The position numbers were made by a program, and so were the translations under genes. A stretch of DNA of 64,000 nt from Candidatus Omnitrophota bacterium (GTDB lineage Bacteria; Omnitrophota; Gorgyraeia; Zapsychrales; Zapsychraceae), in the NCBI GenBank assembly GCA_023247445.1, contig JAHFGL010000003.1, positions 14,128 to 78,127 of the forward strand. The letters are read 5' to 3'. This document shows, one piece after another, positions 9,047-18,484 of this stretch. Each line of letters begins with the position of its first letter. Position 1 is the stretch's first letter. The notes under the pieces were generated by a model. That model did no database searches. It was not told the DNA's origin and saw only the letters and a list, made by a program, of their open reading frames with translations.

Positions 9047-10528
9047 ATGTCTGCACGATTATTTTTTCGATTTATTTTAATCATTATCCTTCCTGGAGTA
9101 TTAGCTTTTATTCTAACAACGCTGATTTGTTCCTCACAAAACACATTGGCCCATAATGGTCGATGGATTTCTACTAAAACAACTTTGCAAAAACCAGTTT
9201 CAGGTGCATTTACTTTTTTGACGACGCGTCAGGCTTTAGCCAAGAACCGATTGAATCTTGGCGCCTGGCATGGATATCAAGAAGTCATTTACAAAGATCC
9301 ACTTTCTATTAAGGATATTTCTTTTGATGTCTATTATCCAATGCCGAGTTATTTGACATTTATTTTTAATAAGGATTCTTCGGGGTTTGACGGCATTCGT
9401 TTAAGTGCGCATCCTATTTTTAAGAATATTTATTTAAAGTCGGATGAAACTGGCCAATTTTTGAAGAAGATGAATCTTCCGATGGATTCCTTGGCGCTTC
9501 ATCGTTGGCATCATGTAGCAATGGTTTGTGAAGAAGGTGGTTTGTCTTTATATGTCGATCGTTTATTGTGGGGGAAGATTTATTCCACGTGTTTGTCTGA
9601 TCGATATCTTGGATTTCGGAGTGGTAAGAAAGATATTTTGGTTGATAACGTCGTAATCCACCTAAAAGATTCTGCGACTACGATTCATGAAGACTTCTCT
9701 AATCGAGGAAGATTTATCACCATTTTGGGTGTTATATGGATCGTTGGTTGTCTTATTTCGTTTATATATAAAGGAAGAGAACTTCTTGGTTTACAAAGCC
9801 TTCTGATTCTTTTGTGCAGCTTAATTTATTTTTTTGATAATCAATTTCAAGCGCTTAGATATCCGATAGCTTCATCCTTTAAGAAACAAGAAGAGGTTTA
9901 TTGGAAAATGGCCCAAAGAGATAGGGTCTGTGATCTTTTAAGGAAACAGTATAATTTTTCAGCCCAAAATGATATTGATCGCATTTTGTTTATTGGCAGT
10001 TCACAAACTTGGGGGGCGGGAGTGCTTAAGGAAGAAGATAATTTTGTTTCGCATCTTGAGAAACACTTCAATAAAAGGAAATTTGGGAATCGAGCTGTAT
10101 CTTGTATTAATGCCGGCATCTCTGGGCTAGATGCACCAGCCCTTTTTGATTTATACGAAAAAGAATGGATCAATCTTGCGCCCGAGTGGGTTGTTATCAA
10201 TCTATCTTTTAATGATCGTCTTGATCCAAAGAAATTTGCTTTAAGTTTAAAGAAATTTATTCATTTGAATTTGGTTAAAGGAATTAAGACCATATTTGTT
10301 TTAGAAGCCACTTCACTGGAAGATGAAGAGTTGACATTTCCAGCTTATGCCGCGATGAAAGAGGTGGCCCTCAACAATAATATTCCCATTATTGATATGC
10401 ATCAATTCTTAAAAGGTCACTATGATGACGGTTTTTTGTGGTGGGACACGGTGCATTTAACCACCTTTGGACACAAATTATTGGCGGACACCTTGGCTAA
10501 AGAGTTAAGTAAAATTATTAATAAATAA
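9047..10528 (+). CDS. membrane SGNH/GDSL hydrolase with N-terminal ConA/LamG-like region
   Basis: IGSSQTWG, NAGISG, NLSFND, DTVHL blocks; WHHVAMV...LSLYVD lectin-like strand motif. Confidence 0.7.
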   Translation: MSARLFFRFILIIILPGVLAFILTTLICSSQNTLAHNGRWISTKTTLQKPVSGAFTFLTTRQALAKNRLNLGAWHGYQEVIYKDPLSIKDISFDVYYPMPSYLTFIFNKDSSGFDGIRLSAHPIFKNIYLKSDETGQFLKKMNLPMDSLALHRWHHVAMVCEEGGLSLYVDRLLWGKIYSTCLSDRYLGFRSGKKDILVDNVVIHLKDSATTIHEDFSNRGRFITILGVIWIVGCLISFIYKGRELLGLQSLLILLCSLIYFFDNQFQALRYPIASSFKKQEEVYWKMAQRDRVCDLLRKQYNFSAQNDIDRILFIGSSQTWGAGVLKEEDNFVSHLEKHFNKRKFGNRAVSCINAGISGLDAPALFDLYEKEWINLAPEWVVINLSFNDRLDPKKFALSLKKFIHLNLVKGIKTIFVLEATSLEDEELTFPAYAAMKEVALNNNIPIIDMHQFLKGHYDDGFLWWDTVHLTTFGHKLLADTLAKELSKIINK

Positions 10529-10550
10529 CAAAATAGTGGCCAAAATAATC

Positions 10551-10579
10551 TTGCTATAAATATTCGATACATATATAAT
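10551..10579 (+). promoter_or_regulatory. sigma70-type promoter for trxA operon
   Basis: TTGCTA-17bp-TATAAT. Confidence 0.55.
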
Positions 10580-10620
10580 AGCGCTCCAAGTGTAGAGAAA
10601 CTATACAGTTATGTGAGGAG

Positions 10621-10797
10621 CAGCGTTTTAAATAAAATTCCAATAAACAAGTACCAAATACCAAGCAATGCACAAATCCCAATGACCAAAATTTAGTTTT
10701 GTACCTTGTTAATTGGATTTTTTTTGGTATTTGTGATTTTGGATTTGTATATTGTCTGTGATTTGGTGTTTGGGATTTGGAATTTTAAAAGAGGAGG
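10621..10797. repeat. inverted low-complexity CCAAAT/ATTTGG repeat ending in an RBS
   Basis: Near-identical ends to 23986-24133. Confidence 0.8.
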
Positions 10798-10802
10798 ATT
10801 GA

Positions 10803-11123
10803 ATGTCTGTTGCACAAATTACAGGGAAGAATTTTGAGAACGAAGTTGCTAAATCCAACTTGCCGGTTTTAGTTGATTTTTGGGCCGAGTGGTGTGGCCC
10901 TTGCCGGATGATTACCCCCATTGTTGATGAAATTGCTAAAGACTTAACTGGAAAGTTAAAGGTCGGGAAGGTTAACGTTGATGATGAACAAGAATTAGCC
11001 GCCCGATTTAATATTATGTCCATTCCGACGCTTCTCATTTTTAAAAAAGGCGAGGCCGTTGATCAAATTGTTGGTGCGATGTCGAAAGATCAGCTTTTAG
11101 CTAGGATAAATCCGAATTTATAA
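10803..11123 (+). CDS. trxA: thioredoxin
   Basis: WCGPC active site. Confidence 0.97.
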   Translation: MSVAQITGKNFENEVAKSNLPVLVDFWAEWCGPCRMITPIVDEIAKDLTGKLKVGKVNVDDEQELAARFNIMSIPTLLIFKKGEAVDQIVGAMSKDQLLARINPNL

Positions 11124-11186
11124 GGGGCAAGTAGCAAGGGGCATGGGTCAAGGACATATTCCTTGCTACATGACCCTTGACCCTTT
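11123..11186. repeat. short inverted heptamer repeat (CAAGGGG / GACCCTT)
   Basis: aaggggcaagtagcaaggggcatgggtcaagg...ccttgctacatgacccttgacccttt. Confidence 0.55.
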
Positions 11187-11197
11187 TAGGAGAATTT

Positions 11198-11548
11198 ATG
11201 TTCATTCATTTCTGCAAATCCAAACTAGCTCACGCAACCATTAACGAAGCCGAACTTCATTATGAGGGAAGCATCACCATTGATGCCAATTTGCTTAAAG
11301 CCGTCGATATTATTCCTGGTGAAAAAGTCGAGGTTCTTAACATTAATAATGGAAATCGGTTCGAAACATATGCCATTGCTGGAGAGCCTGGTTCTGGTCA
11401 TATTTGCCTTAACGGTCCTGCCGCTCGCTTAGGGCTTGTGGGAGATAAGATCATCATATTAAGTTATGTTCTTTTGGATCCCAACGAAGCCAAAACGTTT
11501 AAGACAAAAGTTGTTCACTTAGATGCTCACAACAAAATTAAAAATTAG
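11198..11548 (+). CDS. panD: aspartate 1-decarboxylase
   Basis: YEGSITID self-cleavage site, RFETYAI, LNGPAAR. Confidence 0.95.
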   Translation: MFIHFCKSKLAHATINEAELHYEGSITIDANLLKAVDIIPGEKVEVLNINNGNRFETYAIAGEPGSGHICLNGPAARLGLVGDKIIILSYVLLDPNEAKTFKTKVVHLDAHNKIKN

Positions 11549-12029
11549 ACTTTACGGCGACCCATGCCTTCGTAAAAAGTCTACTCTTTTAAAAGAAGTA
11601 GGTCCTTCCGAGCGTATTTTAATTGATTCCATGATTGCCACGATGCATGACTATAAGGGGATTGGTCTGGCGGCGCCGCAGGTGGGTGTTAACCAGCGCA
11701 TTATTGTTGCTGATATCGGAGAAGGCCCCATGGCCTTAATTAATCCTAAAATTATAAGAAAGTCAGGAACAGATATTTTGGAAGAAGGCTGTTTAAGTAT
11801 TCCCGGCATTACGGTCAAGATTAAGCGTGCGCAAAAAGTTTTGGTTCAATACACCGATCATAATAATAAATCTGTCGAGAAGGTTTTTGAAGATTTACTG
11901 GCGCGGGTGATTTTGCACGAAACGGATCATTTAGATGGGAAGTTGATCATTGATTATGCGACGATTGTAGCTAAACGGAAATTTAAAAACCAACTCAAAG
12001 AAATTGAAGCTAGCCAAAAGAAGTCATAA
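11523..12029 (+). CDS. def: peptide deformylase
   Basis: [20 protein letters not shown]. Confidence 0.97.
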   Translation: MLTTKLKIRLYGDPCLRKKSTLLKEVGPSERILIDSMIATMHDYKGIGLAAPQVGVNQRIIVADIGEGPMALINPKIIRKSGTDILEEGCLSIPGITVKIKRAQKVLVQYTDHNNKSVEKVFEDLLARVILHETDHLDGKLIIDYATIVAKRKFKNQLKEIEASQKKS

Positions 12030-12949
12030 TGCCCCAATTATTAGAAGATAATCCAACCGCCGATAATAATCGTTTACCGCTGTGGTTTAATCAGCCAATT
12101 CCGAATATGGATAAAATTCGGGAAATGAAGGGGCTGTTTCGCTCTTCGGGACTGCATACGGTTTGCGAAAGCGCGCATTGCCCTAATATTGGTAAATGCT
12201 GGGGAGAAGGAGTTGCCACATTTATGATTTTAGGCGAGATCTGCACGCGTGCGTGTCGCTTTTGTGCGGTTAAAGCGGGCAAGGCGATGGATGTTGATTT
12301 AGAAGAACCCAAGAATGTGGCGCTCGCGGTCCAAAAATTAAAATTACGTTATGTGGTCATTACATCTGTTGCTCGTGATGATTTAGATGATGAAGGGGCG
12401 GATCATTTTGCGCAAACTATATCTGAAATTAGGCGGATAATGCCGCAAACAAAGATTGAGGTTTTGATTCCAGACTTTTCCAACAAAATGGATAGTCTTA
12501 AGAAACTTGTTGCCGCCAAACCCGAAGTTGTCAGCCATAATATCGAAACGGTTCGTCGGCTGTCGCCAAAAATTAGACCACAGGCCCAGTATGATCGATC
12601 GCTGGAGGTTCTGCGTAATTTTAAGAAATTGGATGTAAGTATTTTTACCAAATCAAGTTTTATGGTTGGACTAGGAGAAACAGACGAAGAAATCGACGTC
12701 GTCATGCAAGATTTATTAAAAGCAGAGTGTGATATTTTAACGATCGGTCAATATTTAGCGCCAACTAAATTAAAACGGCATCTGAAAGTTTCACGATTTG
12801 CGACACCCAAAGAATTTGACAATTATAAACAGCGGGGCCTGGCGATGGGATTTAAACATGTGATGAGTGGCCCTCTCGTGCGAAGTTCTTTTATCGCTGA
12901 AGAAGGATATAAAGAATGTTTTGGAAAGGGCGTTGCTAAAAATGTCTGA
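12029..12949 (+). CDS. lipA: lipoyl synthase
   Basis: CESAHCPNIGKC and CTRACRFC, GPLVRSS. Confidence 0.97.
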   Translation: MPQLLEDNPTADNNRLPLWFNQPIPNMDKIREMKGLFRSSGLHTVCESAHCPNIGKCWGEGVATFMILGEICTRACRFCAVKAGKAMDVDLEEPKNVALAVQKLKLRYVVITSVARDDLDDEGADHFAQTISEIRRIMPQTKIEVLIPDFSNKMDSLKKLVAAKPEVVSHNIETVRRLSPKIRPQAQYDRSLEVLRNFKKLDVSIFTKSSFMVGLGETDEEIDVVMQDLLKAECDILTIGQYLAPTKLKRHLKVSRFATPKEFDNYKQRGLAMGFKHVMSGPLVRSSFIAEEGYKECFGKGVAKNV

Positions 12950-13940
12950 ACCTAAGAAAAAAAATAATCTTCTTTCATGGCTAATGCGGGTTGGGTTTAG
13001 CGCAGCTTTATTAGGTTATATATTTTCTAAAATTGATATAACACAAACATGGACCGTGTTTAAGTCCGCCGATTTTAGCTATATTTTTTATGCCTGGTGG
13101 GTGTTTTGTTTTATTAATGCCATTATTCTTTGGCGATGGTTTACTCTTATTCGAGCTGTTGATTTAACGACACCTTTTTTTACCGTCGCACGGTATTTTC
13201 TTGTTGGTTTGTTTGGAAATTTATTTCTTCCGAGTGCGGTTGGTGGAGATATTATCAAAATTGTTGGTTTGTGTAAGGATAGTCATCAAAAACCTAAGGT
13301 TGTTGCCTCGGTCCTACTTGATCGCCTTAGTGGTTTTTCAGGAATCGTGGTCGTTGCCATTGGCGCATTTCTGTTTGGATACCGTATTATCAATAACCCC
13401 TCACTTTTAATTTTTGTTATGATTTTGGCGGCGGTATCATTGACCGTCACATTTATATTGTTTAATGAAAGAATTTATTCTTTTTCTTGTCAGATTTTTA
13501 ATGCCTTTCCCCGTGTTAAAAACAGTCTGATGAGCCTACATTACGATGTGTCGTTATTAAAAACGAAGAAAATTGAAGGATTTAAAGCTATTGGTTTTTC
13601 CTGTATGGCTCAAATTTTATTAGCGTTTGTTTTTTATTTGGTGGCCAAAGCTCTGCACCAAGATATTCCAATAATCTATTTTCTAATTTTTGTTCCCATG
13701 ATTTGCGTCGTTTCATCAGTTCCCTCCATTGGTGGATTAGGTGTTCGAGAAGCAGGGGCGGTTTATTTGTTTACCAAAATTGGAGTGCCTTCCAACATCG
13801 CTCTTAGCATTTCGTTAATTAATTTTTCTTTTATGGTGCTTATTGGTCTTTTAGGCGGAATTGTCTATGTCATTACACTATCTTCTAGACGGGTACAACA
13901 TTATCCATCAGATACCAAAGCTAAGCCTCGAGAAGCTTGA
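12942..13940 (+). CDS. lysylphosphatidylglycerol synthase TM / UPF0104 family protein
   Basis: FLPSAVGGD, LLDRLSG, PSIGGLGVRE. Confidence 0.85.
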   Translation: MSEPKKKNNLLSWLMRVGFSAALLGYIFSKIDITQTWTVFKSADFSYIFYAWWVFCFINAIILWRWFTLIRAVDLTTPFFTVARYFLVGLFGNLFLPSAVGGDIIKIVGLCKDSHQKPKVVASVLLDRLSGFSGIVVVAIGAFLFGYRIINNPSLLIFVMILAAVSLTVTFILFNERIYSFSCQIFNAFPRVKNSLMSLHYDVSLLKTKKIEGFKAIGFSCMAQILLAFVFYLVAKALHQDIPIIYFLIFVPMICVVSSVPSIGGLGVREAGAVYLFTKIGVPSNIALSISLINFSFMVLIGLLGGIVYVITLSSRRVQHYPSDTKAKPREA

Positions 13941-14367
13941 AGTTCAGCGTAAAGAATTGGTACGCTTTATTGAGATGCATGGGCTTAAAGGGAGCATTAA
14001 TAATCAGTTAACCATTGTTTTTGACGGGAAGGCGACGGTTTTTGGTTCTTTTGAAAGTGGGCCAGTTAAGGTCATTTTTTCTCATGGCGAATCGGCTGAT
14101 GAAAAAATAAAGAGAATTGTTAGTGATGCTGGGGATAAGAAAAATATTGTTGTCGTGACTGATGATCGCGATATTCAATATGCGATAAGAGCCTTAGGGG
14201 CGAAATCGATGGCGGTTAAAGAATTTTTGTCAAAGGCCAAACCTTCTTTAATGGCCAGCAATGTGAAGAAAAAGCAATTGAAAGAAAATAAACAAATTTC
14301 AAATGTCCTGGAATCTAAGATTACGTCGGAATTCGAACGCATTTGGCTCAAATCAAAAGAAAAATAA
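13867..14367 (+). CDS. NYN domain (YacP-like) ribonuclease
   Basis: LLDGYN, VFDG, SADEKI, VVTDDR. Confidence 0.85.
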   Translation: MSLHYLLDGYNIIHQIPKLSLEKLEVQRKELVRFIEMHGLKGSINNQLTIVFDGKATVFGSFESGPVKVIFSHGESADEKIKRIVSDAGDKKNIVVVTDDRDIQYAIRALGAKSMAVKEFLSKAKPSLMASNVKKKQLKENKQISNVLESKITSEFERIWLKSKEK

Positions 14368-14373
14368 TTAACC

Positions 14374-15141
14374 ATGACATTGATGGCTGTATACCAACAA
14401 GTAGTAAGAAGCTTAGGTAATGCTCTTTGGTTTTTAGGAGAGATTTTCGGGAATATCCTCCGCGGGAAAATTCGTTTTGGGGAAGTCCTTAAGCAGGTTT
14501 ATGAACAAGGATTGCAATCGGTTGTTATTGTTGTTTTAACTTCGCTCGCGTCAGGACTTGTTTTGGCCTTGCAAGGATATGTGGCGATGTCACGCTTTGG
14601 GGCTAAAGAGTTTGTGGCGGATCTGGTGGCGCTGTCACTCGTGCGGGAGCTAGGTCCTGTCTTTACCGCTCTTGTTTTTTCTGGAAAGGCAGGCGCGCGT
14701 ATTACAGCTGAACTGGGAACGATGAATGTTAACGACCAAATTTTAGCGACGCGGACTTTGGGTGTTGATCCTATGGAGTTTCTTGTTGTTCCACGAATGG
14801 TTGCCTGTTTTTTGGTTTTACCAATTTTAACGATCATTTCGGAATTTTGTGGCATCATGGGCGGATATTTTGTGGGGGTAACGCAGGCTCACATTGCTGG
14901 TGTTTATTATATTAACGAGACAATTCGCGCGATCCATTATGTCGATTTCTTTAGCGGCTTTATCAAAGTTTTTTTCTTTGCGATTTTAATCGGATGGATT
15001 TGCTGTTATGAAGGATTTTCGACGAAGGGCGGATCTTTAGGGGTTGGAAAATATACGACAAAGGCTGTTGCCTATTCGTATATTTTTGTTATTTTATTAA
15101 ATACATTATTAACGAAAGTCATTTTAACTTTCTGGGGGTAA
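14374..15141 (+). CDS. mlaE: MlaE-family ABC permease
   Basis: RELGPV, AELGTM..NDQI.A...LG.DP, VVPR. Confidence 0.9.
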   Translation: MTLMAVYQQVVRSLGNALWFLGEIFGNILRGKIRFGEVLKQVYEQGLQSVVIVVLTSLASGLVLALQGYVAMSRFGAKEFVADLVALSLVRELGPVFTALVFSGKAGARITAELGTMNVNDQILATRTLGVDPMEFLVVPRMVACFLVLPILTIISEFCGIMGGYFVGVTQAHIAGVYYINETIRAIHYVDFFSGFIKVFFFAILIGWICCYEGFSTKGGSLGVGKYTTKAVAYSYIFVILLNTLLTKVILTFWG

Positions 15142-15143
15142 GG

Positions 15144-15497
15144 ATGAAAAGGTTGTTTAATAAGAACAATTTGTTTCTTTGTTGTTATGTATTTTTGACT
15201 TGTTGCTTTATTGGTTGTGTGAGTACGGTTGGCAATGATGGACAATTGCAAAGTTATTCGTTTGCCACTGTTGAGCCCCAATGGATTCGCGATGGAGAGC
15301 CCATTGAGTTTGATCAGGAATTATGGTATCCGGCTGATGATACAGAGAATTTGACGGATAACGAAGTAACGCTTTTAACGGAACATCGTGGTGTTCAAGT
15401 TTTTATTGATGAGAAGGATGTTAAACCATATCACAGGCTTTACACTAAATTTGGTAAAAATAAATTTAGATATTTTGAAAAGCAAACCGCCGAATGA
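15144..15497 (+). CDS. hypothetical lipoprotein
   Basis: FIGC lipobox; coupled within mla operon. Confidence 0.6.
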   Translation: MKRLFNKNNLFLCCYVFLTCCFIGCVSTVGNDGQLQSYSFATVEPQWIRDGEPIEFDQELWYPADDTENLTDNEVTLLTEHRGVQVFIDEKDVKPYHRLYTKFGKNKFRYFEKQTAE

Positions 15498-16210
15498 TTC
15501 GTGTCCGAAATGTTTCAAAAAGTTTTAACGATCAATTAGTCCTTAATGATGTTAGTCTCGACATTAAGAGCGAAGAAATTTTTGTTGTCTTAGGTGAGAG
15601 CGGCGCTGGTAAAAGTGTTCTTTTAAAACATTTGATTGGGCTTCTTCAGCCTGACTCCGGGACGATTCAAATTGACAATGAGGACATCACGCATTTGCCG
15701 GAGAGCAAATTGCTTAAAATGAGAAAAAAGATGGGATACCTTTTTCAAGAAGGGGCTTTGTACGATTTTATGACGGTTTTTGAGAACATTGCTTTTCCTC
15801 TACGGGAGCATGCCCACCTGGATGAAAAAACTATTCGGCAGAAGGTTAAAGATATTTTGAAGATGATTGATTTGGACGAGGTTGAAGAAAAAATGCCAGC
15901 ACAGTTAAGCGGTGGGATGAAGAAAAGAGTGGCGCTCGCCAGGGCCATGATTTTGGATTCTAAAATATTGTTTTGTGATGAGCCGACTTCGGGTTTAGAC
16001 CCAATCCGTAGCCGAGATGTATCGGATTTGATCCGTAATGTCTCGAGGAAATTTGGGTGCACCACGGTGATTACTTCTCATGATATTCGAAATTCTTTTC
16101 GTGTGGCTGATCGATTGGCACTAATTCATGATGGAAAGATTATTGCCATGGGAACACAAGATGAACTTAAAGCATCAAAAGATGCATTCGTTAAAGAATT
16201 TATTAGTTAA
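15494..16210 (+). CDS. mlaF: MlaF-family ABC ATPase
   Basis: GESGAGKS, LSGGMKKR, DEPTSGLDP. Confidence 0.9.
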   Translation: MIRVRNVSKSFNDQLVLNDVSLDIKSEEIFVVLGESGAGKSVLLKHLIGLLQPDSGTIQIDNEDITHLPESKLLKMRKKMGYLFQEGALYDFMTVFENIAFPLREHAHLDEKTIRQKVKDILKMIDLDEVEEKMPAQLSGGMKKRVALARAMILDSKILFCDEPTSGLDPIRSRDVSDLIRNVSRKFGCTTVITSHDIRNSFRVADRLALIHDGKIIAMGTQDELKASKDAFVKEFIS

Positions 16211-16255
16211 TGTTCACACCAGATAAACTTTAGCTTTTTGGGTTTGAAAGGACAT

Positions 16256-16927
16256 ATGGACAAAAAAGAAAAGAGAACTCAATATTTAGCTGCACTTTTT
16301 TTTATTGGTGGGATTGTGCTTATTATGGTTTTTATCTTTACCATTGGTAAAGATAAAGGATTCTCGCGGCCAAAATTTCAAGTTTCTGTTTTGTTTAAGA
16401 ATGTGGGAGGTTTAAGTGAAGGCGCTCCAACCCGTCTGGCGGGTGTTAATGTTGGTAATGTTGCTAGCATCGATTTTTTGGATAAAGAAATTGAAGGCCG
16501 ACGGGTCAAAGTTACACTGAATATTTATAACAAATATCGACAACAGTTAAATAAGAATGTTAGCTTTGCTATTAAAACCGAAGGGGTTTTGGGGGAGAAA
16601 CTTGTTGAGATTTATGTTATTGATAATTTAAGTAAAATTGATCTTAGCCAGCAGATTTTTGGGGAAGATCCTTTGGATGTTCAGGATCTAGCTCAAGTTT
16701 TCTCTGGCGCGGCGGAATCTTTTACGAAGACTTCCGATGAATTAAGTAAGATTGATATGGTTAAGCTTTCGGATGTTTTGCTTGAGGCATCACAATCGCT
16801 TATTAAAACTTCCAACAACATTAATGTGATGGTAGGTGAGTTGCAAGAAACAACACGAAAAACAAAGCGTCTGATTGACCGTGTTGAACAAAAAGTGATT
16901 GAAGGAAATTTATTTAAAGTTTTCTAA
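16256..16927 (+). CDS. mlaD: MlaD/MCE family protein
   Basis: N-terminal TM, GGLSEGAP..LAGV.VG, GVLGEK. Confidence 0.85.
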   Translation: MDKKEKRTQYLAALFFIGGIVLIMVFIFTIGKDKGFSRPKFQVSVLFKNVGGLSEGAPTRLAGVNVGNVASIDFLDKEIEGRRVKVTLNIYNKYRQQLNKNVSFAIKTEGVLGEKLVEIYVIDNLSKIDLSQQIFGEDPLDVQDLAQVFSGAAESFTKTSDELSKIDMVKLSDVLLEASQSLIKTSNNINVMVGELQETTRKTKRLIDRVEQKVIEGNLFKVF

Positions 16928-16944
16928 AGGCAAAAGGATTCTCA

Positions 16945-17241
16945 ATGTTTGTTCTAAGTAATTTTATTATCGCATTGGCAAAAATGGTGGATGCTGTTTT
17001 ATGGCTAGCCCCTTGGCTAATCTTTGTCAGAGTTGCGCTTAGTTGGGTTAACGCTGATCCTTATAATCCTATTGTTCAATTTCTTTGTCGGATAACAGAG
17101 CCAGTCTTAGCGTTTTTTAGAAGGTTTTTACCGCCGATCAGCGGATTTGATGTTTCGCCGATTATTGCGTGTGTCGTTATTATGTTTTTGCGATCATTTT
17201 TAGTCACGACACTTTTTGATTTGGCTTTTCGTTTGCGGTAA
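16945..17241 (+). CDS. yggT: YggT family membrane protein
   Basis: LSWV..DPYNP...ITEP, D.SPI. Confidence 0.9.
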   Translation: MFVLSNFIIALAKMVDAVLWLAPWLIFVRVALSWVNADPYNPIVQFLCRITEPVLAFFRRFLPPISGFDVSPIIACVVIMFLRSFLVTTLFDLAFRLR

Positions 17242-17254
17242 CTTAATTTAGGTC

Positions 17255-17283
17255 TTGCAAATTTTTTGGAGATAGAGTATAAG
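17255..17283 (+). promoter_or_regulatory. sigma70-type promoter
   Basis: TTGCAA-17bp-TATAAG. Confidence 0.45.
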
Positions 17284-17322
17284 ATTGCTATTCATATTTT
17301 GTAATTTCGAAAAGAGGTTATT

Positions 17323-17613
17323 ATGTTTGATAAAATGAAACAATTGATGGAAATGAAAAAACAGGCCGATCAGATCAAACGCGAGTTGGATGCATCAAGC
17401 GTTGAGGTGACAGAAGTCCGTGGTATTAAAATTGTTATTAATGGATCTCAAGATATTCAATCGTTGGAACTTGATGAGAGTTTGTTGGGCGCCTCCAATA
17501 AGAGTAGATTAGAAGGGGATTTGAAAAAAAGCTTAAATGCCGCCATCAAAAAGTCGCAGATGTTAGCCGCTCAAAAAATGAAGAACCTTATGCCAGGTTT
17601 TCCTGGGCTTTAA
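17323..17613 (+). CDS. YbaB/EbfC nucleoid-associated protein
   Basis: Size, helix-beta-helix pattern, terminal PGFPGL. Confidence 0.8.
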   Translation: MFDKMKQLMEMKKQADQIKRELDASSVEVTEVRGIKIVINGSQDIQSLELDESLLGASNKSRLEGDLKKSLNAAIKKSQMLAAQKMKNLMPGFPGL

Positions 17614-17646
17614 ATAAGGGTTAACGTAATTTAAAAAGGAGTTATC

Positions 17647-17880
17647 ATGCCGTATGATGCATCATTAGATGTGGTATCTTTTAAAGAAGCAAAAGAGTTT
17701 GATGATACGCGTATTACTGTTGGTATTTTTTCTTATAATAACGGGGAAAAGAAATTGCAGATTTCTCGTGAGAATTTGAATCAAGAAAATGAATGGCGTT
17801 TTGCGAAGTTAGGACGTTTAAACAAGAACGAAGCCAAAGAAATTATTCCGATTTTGATTAAAGCTGCAGAAAATATGTAA
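17647..17880 (+). CDS. small conserved protein, PC4/YdbC-like
   Basis: YNNGEKKLQISR...W.F.KLGRL. Confidence 0.6.
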   Translation: MPYDASLDVVSFKEAKEFDDTRITVGIFSYNNGEKKLQISRENLNQENEWRFAKLGRLNKNEAKEIIPILIKAAENM

Positions 17881-17883
17881 AAT

Positions 17884-17920
17884 TATCCCGGGATTATTTA
17901 ATCTTAAATAATTCTGGGAT
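17884..17920. terminator. hairpin between genes
   Basis: atcccgggattattta-atct-taaataattctgggat. Confidence 0.45.
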
Positions 17921-17968
17921 GATTTATTTCTAGTACATTATCTCCAAAATTTGAAAGGGTATTTGATC

Positions 17969-18445
17969 ATGACAGATTCTGTATATTTGACAAGGGCGGG
18001 TTATAAAAAGCTGATGAAAGAGCTGGAACAGCAAAAATCAGAGAGACTGAAGATTGCCAAGGCTATCGAAGAGGCACGGTTACAAGGTGATATCTCTGAG
18101 AATGCTGAATATGATGCGGCTAAAGATGCTCAGGCGCATAATGCTGTCAGAATAGCTGAGCTAGAAACTAAATTGACCAAGGTTAGAATTATTGAAGATG
18201 AGAATATTCCCTCCGATAAGATTTTTATTGGGGCGATCGTTAAGTTAAAAGATCAGGACACAGGTGAGCAACTTACCTATATGCTCGTTTCTCCGGAAGA
18301 GGCAGATTACGAAGAAAATAAACTCTCCATTTATTCACCCATCGGTAAGGCTTTGATGGGGCACGCCCAAGGTGAGATTCTTTCCATTAAAGTTCCCGCC
18401 GGAATTCTTAAGTACAAAGTTGTAAAAATCGAACGCCCTAAGTAG
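17969..18445 (+). CDS. greA: transcription elongation factor GreA
   Basis: GDISENAEY, SPIGKAL. Confidence 0.95.
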   Translation: MTDSVYLTRAGYKKLMKELEQQKSERLKIAKAIEEARLQGDISENAEYDAAKDAQAHNAVRIAELETKLTKVRIIEDENIPSDKIFIGAIVKLKDQDTGEQLTYMLVSPEEADYEENKLSIYSPIGKALMGHAQGEILSIKVPAGILKYKVVKIERPK

Positions 18446-18484
18446 GGAATAGGGTTTAGGGATCAGGGGTTAACTATTTAATCG

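Noticed and set aside
10709-11038. 109-aa antisense ORF
   Set aside because: Shadow of trxA running into a low-complexity repeat
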